Positions 48,700 through 61,620 of a stretch of 64,000 nucleotides of DNA are shown in pieces. The position numbers and the translations under genes were made by a program. The notes beneath the pieces are model-generated. The model did not search any database. It saw only the letters and a list, made by a program, of their open reading frames with translations, and was not told the DNA's origin. The DNA lies in contig JAHRHZ010000041.1 in the NCBI GenBank assembly GCA_024137785.1, positions 15,292,385 through 15,356,384 of the forward strand, written 5' to 3'. Position 1 is the stretch's first letter; each line of letters starts with the position of its first letter. The stretch comes from Ginglymostoma cirratum (Eukaryota).

Positions 48700-50132
48700 C
48701 ATCTGTTGGGAGATTTTTGACCTAGTGACAGTGAAGGAGCAGTGACACAGCTCTAAGTCAGGATGGCATGTGTTGAGTAGTTACGCATTGGTGTTCCCAT
48801 GCATCTGCTGCCCTTGTTCTTTACACACTGAAGGTCACTGCTAAAAGGAGACTGGGGTGAGTTACTCTGGAGATAGTTGGAACTGCTCATGCTAGAGAAT
48901 GAGATAACAAGGTGTAGAGCTGGACGAACACAGCAGGCCAGGCAGCAGTAGAGCATCAGGAAAGCTATTCTGAAGCAAGTCCAGACCCAAAACGTCAGCT
49001 TTCCTGCTCGGCCTGCTGTGTTCACCCAGCTCTACACCTGGTTATTGGGGTGAATTACTGGAGGTCCATTTTGTACATGATACACACTGATGCTGCCATA
49101 TATTGGTAGTGGAGGGAGCGATTGTTGATGGTGGTGAAGTAGTAAGCAATGGAATGGCCTCCTTGTCCTGAAGGACATTGAGATATTGTTGGAGCTGCAC
49201 CCATCCAAGCAAGTGGGAAGTATTCCATCATAATCCTGTTTCCTACAGATGGTTGCAAGGCTTTGGGAAGTCAAGGCGAGTTACTACACAACCTCCAGTC
49301 TCTGGCCTGCCCTTCTAACCACAGTATTTAGTTGGTTGCTTCAGTTCAAGGTCTGCTGCTGTTGGGGATTTTAGTGACAGGAACACTGTTGAATGTCAAA
49401 AGGAGTTAGATTCCTCTCATTGGAAATAGTCACTGCCTGACACTTGTGGGACAGAATGTACATTGCTACTCATCAGCTCAAACTGCAACACTGTCCAGGT
49501 CTTAAAACATTGCAAGCACGGACCGCTTCAATGTACCAAAGTGCCATGGGTGTACAAGATATTATGCAATCAGCAACATTTACACTTGGGCTTTCGATGG
49601 AGGAAGACAATTGATTAAGTGGATGAAGGCAGCTTGACCCAAGGCAAAGCCCTAAGGTACTCCTGCAGCAATGATCTAGGACTGAAAATGATGGTCTTTC
49701 AGCAACCACCACCGTTTTCTTTTGCCCAAGTTTGACTCTAACCAAGTAGTGATCTCTCCACCCCAATTCCCAGAGCCTTCAGGTTTTCTGGGGATCATCA
49801 ATGCCACACTTTGTCAAGAAAAATCTCTCATCTCTAGAATTCAGTTCTTCTGTCCATGTTTGAACCAACTGACCTCTCCAGAGCACAAACTGAGCAAAGA
49901 GCAGACTAATGCTGGGTAAATGCTTCTTGATAGCAGTGTCAAAGACAAATCAAAAGTAAAGTGGGACTAGACCAAAGGGACAGTAACTGGTCAGACTGGA
50001 AATGCCCTGCTTTGAATGGTCAGGACATACCTGCACAATTTTCCATATTGTCAGACAGACGCCAGCATTGTAGCTGTGAAAGGAACAGCCTTGCTAAGAG
50101 CTGGCCTAGTTCTGGAGCACAAGACTTCAGTT
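48700..50132 (-). mobile_element. Decayed CR1/L2-group LINE RT region (family of 18237)
   Basis: LKSCAPELGQLLARLF..SYNAGVCLTIWKIVQVCP near 50020-50130 and MEYFPLAWMGAAPT at about 49190-49230. Confidence 0.8.
48867..49045 (-). mobile_element. Fold-back PLE pseudo-LTR insertion within the LINE, 14-bp TSD
   Basis: tggggtgagttact 48853-48866 / tggggtgaattact 49046-49059; inverted arms meet at 48966/48967. Confidence 0.85.
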
Positions 50133-50739
50133 AAATCAATTCACATGGAGCCAAAGGACTGGTTTACAGTCACCCTGGTATTTTACAGGTGATCTTATTG
50201 AGACTTGGCAGGCTGCTACAACTTGAGATGCGAGAATAAAAATCAACTACAACACAAAATCACTAAGTTTGAGATCCAATCTGCACTCAGAATTGGATCA
50301 AAAATTATTCCATACAAACACAAAGGGTGCTTTCTTCAAAATGACCCGCACCAAATTATGAACAAACTGAGAACAAAGCCTTTTCATCATTAATAGGAGA
50401 CTTCAGTCAAAGACAAAATGGAAAACACTTGCAGACTTTTTCTAAAAAACGTACTCAGCTAAGGAATGTCTTTATGAAAACCACAGATGTGAGACAGTGG
50501 AGTTTCATTAAATATTTCCAGTTGACCTTATGCTGGAATTCAAACCAGCGCTAGCCATAATATGCACCAGCTCTGCTTCAAGTTCACAAAGAAATACTTC
50601 AATTCTCCAAACATTGTGTGCATGTCCATTTTGCACTAGCATTAACAAAAACATGTTTACAATATACACTGTTCAGCCTAGATACAAAATCTGATTTCGC
50701 CAGTGCCTCTATAGAGTCAACAAACAAGGCTCGATTAAA

Positions 50740-50881
50740 CAAAAAGAAACCAAAAAGAACTGCGGGTGCTGGAAATCAGAAATAGAAACAGAAGTTGATG
50801 GGAAAACTCAGCAGATCTGGCAGCAACTGTGGAGAGAGATCAGAGTTAACATTTGAGGTCCAGCACCCTTTCTTCAGGACT
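50740..50881 (-). mobile_element. Single-arm PLE pseudo-LTR (family B) with 12-bp TSD
   Basis: ggctcgattaaa 50728-50739 / ggcttgattaaa 50882-50893; decayed core CTGAAGAAAGGGTGCTGGACCTCAAATGTT. Confidence 0.75.
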
Positions 50882-53690
50882 GGCTTGATTAAAGCTTTGC
50901 ATTCACAAAATGCCTGTGGGCTTTGTTTCAAATGGGGTCCAAAAAAGAACAACTGTAGATACCAACCACGAAACGATGCAGATCTCAGGGCAGCTATCCC
51001 AGTACATAAATCCATCACAACTAAATGGACCTTCCTGTCATATTCAATTGCAATGGTTTATTTACATACACTCTTCTGTTTCTGCCTTTTGGTTTTGAGA
51101 TTCAAATCTCAGGCAGCAGAGGCAGGGCACATCCAACTAACACAATGGGAAGCTATGGTCTCGGGAAGCTTAGCTACATCCAGGTGCATGTCGTGTGCAT
51201 TCAACATACTCATCGTAATTTCAACTAAAGTCCAGAGAAACAAAAGTCCACATTTCCTTTCAAAAATGCTGATGACGGTGGTGCCAGTGTATCTTGGCAA
51301 GTCTCCAGAACAAAGTTGAACACACTCAGCTCAAGCCTGAAACAAACCCTTTGTGTATTGAATACATGCTACTGATAACACAAGAGCTATTTTGGAATGG
51401 GTTTTGCACCAAGTCCTTGCCCGTTAGGTTTAATGAGCATCATATTCGTTAACGTGATCTGCGAATTCACACTGATCTCTGCCAAATTTTAACCACACAA
51501 GTTGGTACAAAAGCAGCAGCTCAGTAGTTGCTATGGAAATAAGTACCTTTCATAAAAGAGAAAGCACTGACTATTTCAGTAGCCTCCCTGGATCTACTCT
51601 CTTCATGTTTCATCAATTTCATTTTACTGGATTTTAGCTTTCAAGTTCTAAATTGGCCCAAATACCTCTCAGATCCTAAATTTTGAACAACACAATTCAA
51701 CGATCTGGAACGAAGTGGCATTGTTACCATTCCCAAATTCATCCCCCTCTCGCACTCTCAGATGTACAAATACTGCTCCTCTCGTCAGTGCAATGTACCT
51801 CATCTGCTGTTTCTGAATGATTGAGATTGAGTGGAAGAATGAAAAAAGACAAAGCAAAACTATTTCAGAAATATTACACACTCTTCTGGGTGAGGGATGC
51901 CAGAAGGCTGTTGGATAAGAGGGCTTTTTTTAAAAAAAAAAAAAAAACCACCTTCATAGGTCACATCATGCAGACCTCAGCTTACATGTAACTACCAGGG
52001 GGAATCAGACCAGTCGAGCTGCCACATTGTGCTTCCACACAAGTTTGCAAATCATGCCTAGAGAGTCTACTGTCCAGGATCCGAGTTGATGTAAACTGGA
52101 GACCTCACGGCATACACCAGCTAACAGGAGCTCTGTAATGTTTGAGAAATCATATTTTAAGCCTGAAGAAATATTAACTGATAAATACTTGCAGACTGCT
52201 TGTGCCGAAGTAGTAAGCGTAGGATTATAAAACAATTTAGAGTCAGAGTCATACTTCACCTGTAAACATTTCCCACGAGGTGCAGAAAAGAAAGACCAGG
52301 CAAAACACGCTTTTCACAACCTTATACGCACAGCTCAGTAAGCAAATTATACCATATATACCAAGAGGAAATTAATTGTGGCATTGTATTTCAAAGTGTA
52401 CAAAGGTCATAGTGACAGTACAGTATTAGCCATGTTAATATTAACAGTAGCAAGTATGTGGATATACATCTGACATGAAAAATGTCCCCATAGACAAACC
52501 ATGAAATTCCTGATCTATGATCTTCAACTGGATTGTTCAACCAGTTAGGTCTCTAAGCTACCTTCGTAATGTCATTTGCAATGGGACTTCTTCACTATTC
52601 AAAATCATTTTCCATAATAATCTTCTATACTAGGTGAAACACGTAATAAAGAAAATCACAAAATAAAGTAACAAAGCTAACTTTACTTGAAACAGGACCA
52701 CCTATCCACCAAAGGCAAAGCTGAAGTAAGCCAATCAGCCCATTGTGTTTGTTCCACTATTTCATTAAATGACAGTTAATCTATCCCTTCCACGTAGTAC
52801 CTCGTCCTTAATCACATGCACCACATGGTCTCCTGTTCCACTGAATCAATGTCTTTTGAATCAAATAACCAGAGGCAGCAGTGAGAGAAAGAAAAAAACA
52901 TGCAAGAAACCAACTATCATCTCTGAACTCTTTACATGGTTCAACATACAGCAATTCAAACATACATGTACAATTTGTAAGTGAAAAGTCCACTCCAGAA
53001 AAATAGAAAAACTGCTTAATTTAACTCTTCCAATCTCAGGCTCATGCATCTAAAGCTTGCAAATGACAAATTTCTGTTAAACCAAAGCAAGGGCCCATGG
53101 GAAAGCCGTGAGACATGGACATGAAGCCAGGTCTGCCCAAGTAAAGCTTATAGCACGAATGGACTCTATACTGCGGTGTGCAGAGAGCAAATCCACAAGA
53201 CATGAACAAGCCTGGGCTCTGAGCAGATGCACAGGACCAGGAAACAAATACATATTGTCCGTTGCTGAACCATTTAGACTAGACAGGTGCATAACTTGAT
53301 CGCTGCAACATGTCAAGCTATTTAACCTTAGTCAGGAAGTGGCACAGACATAAGTGGCCTCAGCTGTTTTGGTATGGAAGGAGGTGGAGTAGGGAATTGT
53401 TTCATAGCACAAGTTGACACGCTGTCTACATCGTGCGGCTCAGATTTTCACATCAAAGCAACAGGTCTTTGTACAAGTTGGTGCATGTGACAGACAGTTA
53501 CACATCATTCAGAAAAAACTTCTAGAATTTCACTGGGATTTCTGAGATCGTAAAAAGGGCAACTCAGGCCTGCACAATACAGTTAACTGGATAGCCACGT
53601 TTGTTTCACAATAGTCAGACCTCCAAGCAAATGCAAATGGAAGCAGCAGAAATCTGGGAATTTTCTCCCTTCATCAGGTTATCAATGCAG

Positions 53691-53820
53691 AGAGATAACA
53701 GTCTAGGCCCAAAACGTCCAGCTTTCCCGCTCCTATGATGCTGCTTGGCGTGCTGTGTTCATCCAGCTCCACACCTCGTTATCTCGGATTCTCCAGCATC
53801 TGCAGTACCTATTATCTCTA
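53691..53820 (+). mobile_element. PLE pseudo-LTR with a very short inverted arm
   Basis: gagataaca followed by gtctaggcccaaaacgtccagctttcc...gttatctcggattctccagcatctgcagtacctattatctct. Confidence 0.85.
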
Positions 53821-56164
53821 AGGCTGAAAAATCAGTAATTTATAGTTTGGTAATGGCATCAAGGGATATAAACAAAAGACGGACCAATGAAATTGAGGTA
53901 CTGAATAATTTGGGCCGGACTGATAACAGAACAGGCTCAAGGTGTTAAATGACTTACTCCAGTTCATCTCTGGTTCATAAATAAGAGTGGGCATTGTATA
54001 CCAGAAACTTAGCGAATTGGGAAAGACTGTAAATACAATGCTCACTCCGTCACAAAGACAAAAATCTACCAAAAATTCAAGCCATCTTAGAAATGTAGGT
54101 TCTAACGGCTCTATCCAAAACAAAGGTGCTGAAAACGGCGTTAAGCCTGTGTCACTGGTAAGGTCATCCAGGATTAAAAATAGCTAAGTCTCAAGAAAGA
54201 TCAACATTTAAATCCCACTATCTGAAGGGGTTGGTTAGCTCAGATGTGTTACAAACGATTGGTTAAAGCAGGAATATTTGGACAGGGCCCTCTTTCGATG
54301 GATGTTATCATGCGGCGAATTCAAAATAACCTGCCATCACTCATTCCAGTGATTGCTGAGTGAATAATAATTACAATCCTGAGAAGAGCCAGTGGAGCCA
54401 TTGCAAAACAAAAGATGAACTTCTGTATAAATGAAGTCTAAAAGATGACGAATTGCACAGCATTTTTTTTTCAGTTGAAAAGCACAATGCTGTGATTGGC
54501 AGAGGGTCCCCTACGTTATCATTTCACTTCAGAACGTAGAGAGGCAGGAACTTGTGTCAATTCCATGGCATCAGGAGGCTGAACGTGAAGGATTTAAACT
54601 CTCAATCTCTGTATGACTTGGTCAACCATCACTGCGCCACACCGTGTGATGATAAGGAGTCAAGCAGCAGTACGCCACAGGTGATAAAAACCTGCAACAG
54701 AAACACATCTGCACAGAGTGTGGAAGTTCGGATGAATATTTAACAGGACAGCTCTCTGTAAACGCTGCGCAGTACATGACACCTTTCAAACGTCGCCTGT
54801 TCCCAGTGGGGAGTACAATTCGACTCAAATCAAAACCGCCAATTCAGATTTTGCTGTGTTTGATGGACTGCATCGTTTTAACTCCCCTGCCCACATGACC
54901 TAGAGATCAACCCATGGCACAGCTGATTTAAAAAAAAACACCATGGGCAAGATTCACTTCCACTTCACTAGTGGAAGAACTTTCAACCCATTTACTTGAA
55001 ACGAAAGTGAACATTTTTGCATTTCTATGCTTAACCCTATCAGGATATTAAAAAATGTAGACATGCACATTTAATAAAGTTTATTGCATTCTTTGCTCAA
55101 GTGGCTGTAGTACAGCAATTGTCCTTTGACTAGAATTAAATCTGTGGATCATGTTTTAAGCACTACCTACTTACACTAAATCTACAATTATTAAACCTTC
55201 AAAAGATAGATTTCACACTTCATAGTTCCATTAAATTGCATTTCCTGTCTGTCCATTTACAAGTAAAGAAAATTCTGTGGGAGATTCCCTGGTGTCTGGT
55301 TAGGTAGGTTTCTTAACTATGCTATAGGGCCCTTGTGTGGAAATACAGTCCACTATACTATTCTAATTCAATATGGATTCTCAAAACAATTTAAAATTGC
55401 AGACAGCTGTCAGAGCACACAAGTTTTTTTTGGGGGGGGCGGGGGGGGGGGGGAGAGGCTATGCCTTGGTACAATATAGAGCAAGTTGTGCAAATAAAAT
55501 CAACATTAGCTTGTTAATTGCTGTTAAATTCTGGTCAGTGACAGAGTCTGACGAATTAATAATTATTTTGCTCAAATCTAAAATAAAAAGTACACCTCTT
55601 TGTCTGTTTAACATGGAAACTACACTTACTATAATCCTTTGCCAACAGCAATTTAAAATCTTATGCTGGGGTGGGAGTATAGGCTATCACTACCACGAGG
55701 AACTGCCTGAACAAACATCAAACAAAAATCATGCTTAGTACATTCTTCTCGCAAGCTACGAAGCACGCATCACCTCACAATTTCCTTATGTTCCACCAAA
55801 CAGCTGAACAAGACCCAAGTCTTCTGTTTGAACCCTTTTTTAAAAAGCAAAAAATTATGCTACAAATCTGTCCTTTTGAAGTTTTGCTCAGATAGCTGTT
55901 GCTCTTTCCACAAAATTCAGTAAAATCGGGTCAAATAAATCCCAACAGATCACATCCAATGTGTCTGACTGAAACTAGCCAAGAACATGTTTTACTAAAT
56001 ATTTCAGTGTTGTACAGTTTTACATAAAAGATATTTATAGTTTGAAACACCAATACAACTAGTATTAGTAAGTTTCTGCTGGGTAATCTTGAGGCAGAAA
56101 GCTTTTCCTCCCAAAAGTGAAATGAAAATAATTATTTTAAATATAGTTTAAAAGAAGAGAAACA

Positions 56165-56238
56165 AAAGGACACTGATTCTCTCCACTGATGTTTCCTAAT
56201 TTGCTGAGGCTTTCCAGCATTGTCCATTTCTGATCTCA
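56165..56238 (+). mobile_element. PLE pseudo-LTR remnant (family B)
   Basis: ttctctccactgatg...tgctgaggctttccagcatt; similar remnants at about 22140-22205, 59920-59970 and 60935-60985. Confidence 0.45.
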
Positions 56239-56279
56239 GCCTCCACAGTCCCTTCTTTTGCAACCAACTATACCAGCCA

Positions 56280-56458
56280 TGGATGAGGTCGGTTAGCTCA
56301 GTTGGCAGATAGCTGGTTTGTGACACAGAATGGCACCAACAGCACAGGTTCAATTCCTGCGCCAAGGGCCTATCTTCAAGTGAAACTCACCACCAGTCCT
56401 CCCTCTCAAAAGGAGACAGCAGCCCAATGGTCATCTAGAGTGATGGTAACTTTAGATC
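56280..56458 (+). mobile_element. tRNA-derived SINE
   Basis: A box ggttagctcagttggc and B box ggttcaattcc; 3' part shared with 36340-36465. Confidence 0.7.
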
Positions 56459-56673
56459 TACCTTATGCCATCCAGTCTATGTTAAACCTTCCACTCCGCT
56501 TTTTAACATGCCAGTTATTTCAAATCAAAGCTCTCTAGCATCAGAATTTCCTCAACAACCAAGCAGCCTGGGAGATTTTACATACACATGAAGGACTGAA
56601 ACTAAAAATTTTCAGGAACCTACAAAGTTTGGAGAGAGACAAGAATTGAAATTTAATCGAGTGCAGCCAAACT

Positions 56674-57050
56674 GGGCAGCACAGTGGCTCAGTGGTTAGC
56701 ACCGTTGCCTCTCAGCGCCAGGGCACCCAGGTTCAATTCCACTCAAGTGACTGCTTGCATGGAGTTTGCATCTTTTCCCTGTGTCTGCGCGCATTTCCTC
56801 CGGTTTCCTCGCACAGTCCGAAGATATTCAGGGTCGGCGGATTGGCCGTGGGAGATTGCCCCATAGTGTCCAAGGATGTGCAGGTTAGGTGGGTTAGCCA
56901 TGGGAAAGACAGGGTTATGGGGAATTGGGTGGGGTTGGGGTGGTGTGTGTGTGGGCGGGTGGGTGTTGTCTGGGTAGGATGCTCTTTGGAGGGTTGATGT
57001 GGACTTAAATGAGTCAAATGGCCTGCGTCCATACTCTACAGAATTCTATG
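56674..57050 (+). mobile_element. HE1-type V-SINE, full length
   Basis: A box tggctcagtggttag, B box ggttcaattcc, V domain tggagtttgca..tccc.gtgtctgcg..tttcctccggtttcctc, CR1-like tail. Confidence 0.9.
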
Positions 57051-57499
57051 AAACTGTTATGACACTTAGCTGACAATACTTCATGGGAAGCAAAATAATA
57101 AACATGTAATACTTATGTGCACCAAATAATCATCCATCACAAACAGAATTTTAGTATATGACACCTTGAGGACTGCACTTGATTTGCTCAACAAGACAAA
57201 GAAAAAGCAAGCCCTGGAAAACAGTGTTACAGAGAAAAGTCAAGCTATAATCTCAAACATCAGAAGATTGAGTTGCCAGAAGAGACTGTGGTGGGTGGGG
57301 AAGAACATTAAGACAAAAATCAGATAAAGTCAACTTCAGAAGGATGTATGAGGCAATAATCTCCCAGAGTACATGGTTTATTAAAAAGTTGAAGTAATTG
57401 GCCAGTAAGTAGTTTTAATGTTGTGTTCTGTGCAGTAAGTGGACTGAATACTTTCCTCAATAACCAGCTTTTCTGTAATCTTCAAAAGATCCCTAACAA

Positions 57500-57830
57500 T
57501 GGCACATTGGCTCAGTGGTTAGCATTGCTGCTTAATCGCACCAGGGACCCAGGTTCGATTCCAGCATCGAGGGACTGTCTGCATGGATTTAACATGTTCT
57601 CCCTGTGTCTGTATGGGTTTCTGCTGGGTGCTCTGGTTACCTCCCACAGTCCAAAGATGTGCAGGTTAGGTGCATTGGCCATGCTGAATTGCCCTTTTAG
57701 GGTTCTGGGATGTGCGGGCTAGCTGTAGGAGTGGCACAGTTACAGGGTGGCACAAGGGGAGGTGCTCTTTGAGAGGGTCAATGTGGACCTAATGGGCTGA
57801 GTGACCTGCTTCCACTGTGGGGATTCTACG
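57500..57830 (+). mobile_element. HE1-type V-SINE, full length
   Basis: tggctcagtggttagcattgctg...ggttcgattcc...cctcccacagtccaaagatgtgcaggttagg...ggggattctac. Confidence 0.9.
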
Positions 57831-59304
57831 AATACTGCAAACAAAAACACAAGGAAGAGTTACAATATGGAAGGTAAGTGTTGAAGCAACACTCGGCTTG
57901 CTGAACCAGTAGGAGGCCAAATTTCTGAATTTGAAGACATTATTCAAAACCATACCATCCTATGACTATCCAGCAATTCTTGCAAGGCAAAACGTCCCTG
58001 GGTAGACTAGGCAGCGTTCAGCTGGCACATACCCTCCTCCCATATCTAAACGCTCTGTCATCATCCAAGGGATGGGAAAAGAAAACAACCATTTGGGAAC
58101 AGTAACGAAGGGGTTAGATGGGCAGAATTGTAACCCAGAAGGAGGAGTCAGTGTCTTCAGGAGGACAGCTGCAAAATGATGTATTGAAGGGAAAAGCTGC
58201 AAAAAGCAAGCTAATTCAGTTTTCAACATGCAACTGCCGAGTAGATCAGCAATAATCTGTCTGCTGGTCACCCTGATCAAACGTGAGAAATAAAATTAAC
58301 AAAATCAACATTCATTTGTTTTTAAGCAGCTGATCCAGAGTTAGAGTCAGAATACAAATCGCACCCCACCCTTTTGGAATGCAGCTCCTGTAGGTGTTTG
58401 CAAATAAAATGGATCATTTCATTAGAACATAAAATGTTAACAGTACCTGAGGCTATATAAAGCAGAGCCTAGTTACTGTTGCTGCATTATTAAGTTTCAA
58501 TTCCTGTCTGGAAATGATGAAACTTGTTCACATCAAAAAGTGGAATGGTGTTTGGAACGGTTGGTTCAAGGAGCGCTCAGAACAGGGCTCTATCCTGTGT
58601 AGCAGGACACCCTACAGTAGGCCAGCCCAAGCAGCCACACTGATGTACATTGCTGCTGACAGCCTTTTAGTGGCGTCGGAGATGGTCTCCCAATCTTTGT
58701 CTATTTCCCCCGGAGGCTGTGTCACTGCTCCTCACCCACAAACATTCAAAGGCAGCTCAGTAGGTAAAACACTCTGGCTCTGTGGCAAAAAGCTGACAGC
58801 TGGGTTGCCATCTGCCCAGCCAAAGAGTTTAAAATCATTTAAAAAAAAAACAAATTTCTCCTGCTTAAACTCAGTAGTTCCTGGGATATCAAAAGAAAAA
58901 CTGCACAACTTCTTAAACTCTCTTCTACTGCCCAAGCTGACAAAAACCTGTATACTACCTTGGGATTTACATTTCGCTTTGACCAAGTCTCAAATTTGAT
59001 GACGTCTGTCACTCCAAAACTTGAACGCTTGTCCAGAAGTGATGCAAGTGTATTGGACACTGGAGACAAATCCTCAATTTTGTCTGCTTTCCCCCCCCAC
59101 ACCCCGCCTCCAATCACCAACAATTAACTTTCAAAATGAAATAGTGTCTCAGTAGAAGTTTACACTTACTGTTTAGAATTTTACATGAAAACGATCAGCG
59201 TAACATTGTAATTTCACTCATTTTTCTGCATTCAGGACATGAGATGCACATTATGACATGAATATGGCTCAAGCTAATACTGTGCACCTGCTACAGTTAT
59301 TAGA

Positions 59305-59450
59305 TTGAGAGAGATCTGGATACGTACATAAATAAGTAGTGTTTGGGAGGGATAGGGGCCAAATGCAGACAAGGGGGAGTAGTTTAGTTTGGGATTACAG
59401 TCAGCAGGGGCTGGTTGGACTGAAAGGTCTGTTTCTGTGCTCTATGACTG
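59305..59450 (+). mobile_element. CR1 3' end
   Basis: gagggataggggccaaatgcag...ggttggactgaaaggtctgtttctgtgctctatgact. Confidence 0.7.
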
Positions 59451-61084
59451 ATTTTGTGCATATTTCAGGATTAACTATTATGACAGAATAGACAAAACAG
59501 AATGTCCTTTGATATCATTTACAGATTCCTAGTTTCGAAATAACCATTCAAAATTTGTAAACCTTAGAAAAAAAAAGACCAGAATGAGGAATACAATAAG
59601 AGACTGCAATGTAACAGCTTGGATATTTACTGATAGGTCAGTCTGCGTGAATGTATTTAAGTACATCAAGACTCTTCATTCCTAATGCTGAAGCTTATTT
59701 ACTTATGCAATTTTATGAACAGTTCATTCAACTTTTTGTCTCCCCCACCGCCAACATTTACCACTAAGTCACCACCTAGTCAGTCTCACGCTTGCTCTGA
59801 CTGGCCTCAGACATTTGTTTCTTAAAAAAAAGTCTCCAAGTGGCAAGAGGATTTACAGCCACGCTGCTCCAGCAAGACAGCATTGTCTGAAGCATTGCGT
59901 CAGCTTTATTCACTCAATGCCCGACAGATGCTGCCAAGCCTTGTGTATTTCCAGCATGTGGTGTTTCTATCCTGGAGCAAAACAGCCTCCGTCATGGCAG
60001 AATTAGTTGATACGCAAGTACGTGATGCAGGAGAATGATGGTGTGCTAAAAGAAATTCCCCCGACAGTCATACAGCACCAGCCCAGCAACTTGAGTATTT
60101 CTACAAATTATATCCAACAGCTCATTACACATCAACTCGGGTAAAAATGAACTGAACATCATAACTGCAGAACAGTATCTAAAAAGTCATCATCGCAAGC
60201 TGAGAAAAAGCCATTTTAAAACAGAATAAATCACACTTAGACAGGGAACGGTCATAAGTCACCAATGTTTGCTTGCACTTATTTGGCTCAATTTTAAGCA
60301 AAATCTTACAAGATTCAAAATCATAAATGTTTCACATTTATGAGCAGTGCTCCTGCCACGTAATGTCACATACATCACTGCAGTGCAGTCAAGCAAGCTG
60401 CTCTTTCCAGTACATTCATTTAGCAGTTTGTGCAAGGCAGGAAATGCCATGCTATGTCAAAAAACAGAATACTTCAGGGCTGCCAGTTATTATCTGGCTT
60501 GTAAGGTATGAATGATAAGCCTACATACCAAATGCACACCCAGTTTGTTTTGCTTACACTCTAGAGAAGCAAGGTTCGCGAAAATTTCAGCAAGTTGATA
60601 TCAAAAAAGTGGGAACACCACAGTTAAAAATCAACAGAATTCTCTTTACATAGAAAGACAAACTCACTGCGCGCACAACCATTCAGTTTTCAACAGTGAC
60701 TGAGGGGAGTGTGTGGAGAATGTTTTGTTTACATACAAGTGATTTTAAGATTGCTAAGCTGATGACATGAATAGCTTTTCTTCAACTTTGAAGAGCTGAA
60801 TATTCAATGGAAGCCAGATGAAATGTGATACAGTGACCATATAAAGTGAAGAAAGGAAGCTTAAAGTAATGGTTCTGAAAAGGTTAACCTTGCAGATTGC
60901 ATTAAGCGCCACCCAATCAGGTGATGGGATAAGGACTTGTTTCTCTCTCCAGAGGCTGTCAGACCTGTTGAGTTTTTCCAGCACTTCACTCTACCAGCTC
61001 CTAAATAAAAATGAAGGCCTATAAGCCCAGGTTTACAAATAGCATGAGAAACATTGCATAACTGACTAGTGCAACTTGTGTGAA

Positions 61085-61620
61085 TTTTTTTTAAAAATTC
61101 AAACAGCACAGGAAACCATTCAAGTCCATTAAACTCGTTCGAATCTCCTCTCTTTCTGCTCCCCTCTCCCCCCCACCCCCAACAACCTTCAGAACCATTT
61201 CCATCTAAACAAGCATTCCAGTGCCCTCTTCAATGAAACCTACTTCCATCACATTTCCAATCAGTGCATTCCACACCCTGACTATTCACGGTATGAAACA
61301 GGGCTTCCTCAATTCACCCATGCTCCATTTGCACATCACTTTAAAACCTAGGACAACTTGATTTTTCTTTTAAAAAAGTGAGAACAGCTTTTCCCTACCT
61401 GCCCCACTCGTGATTTTACATACCTCTATCGAATCTCCTTGCACCAAGGACAGCAGTCCCAACATCTTCACTTTATCCTCATGGCAGAAGTTTCTCACTC
61501 CTGGAACCGTTCTTGTAAATCACTTCTGCATACTTGCCAATGTCTTCACGTCTTTCCTACAAATGTGGTACCTGGAACTGTAAACAATACTGTCTGGAGA
61601 TCTAACCTGTGTCTTGTCTT
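61085..61620 (-). mobile_element. CR1 LINE 3' fragment
   Basis: acagcacaggaaaccattca...cagtgcattccacaccctgact...cctggaaccgttcttgtaaatc..tctgca...tctttcctac. Confidence 0.7.

Noticed and set aside
50795-51319. 174-aa ORF
   Set aside because: It starts inside a PLE repeat, shows no recognisable domain and has no splice support.
55431-55453. Poly-G tracts as G-quadruplexes, also at 5673 and 36243
   Set aside because: Homopolymer runs are common and error-prone, and nothing indicates function.
56674-56745. tRNA-like A and B boxes, also at 57500 and 56290
   Set aside because: These are SINE heads continuing into SINE bodies, with no complete cloverleaf.
58514-58999. 161-aa ORF; likewise 25130-25630 and 35975-36430
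   Set aside because: No homology recognised; these cross homopolymer runs or repeats and are consistent with chance.
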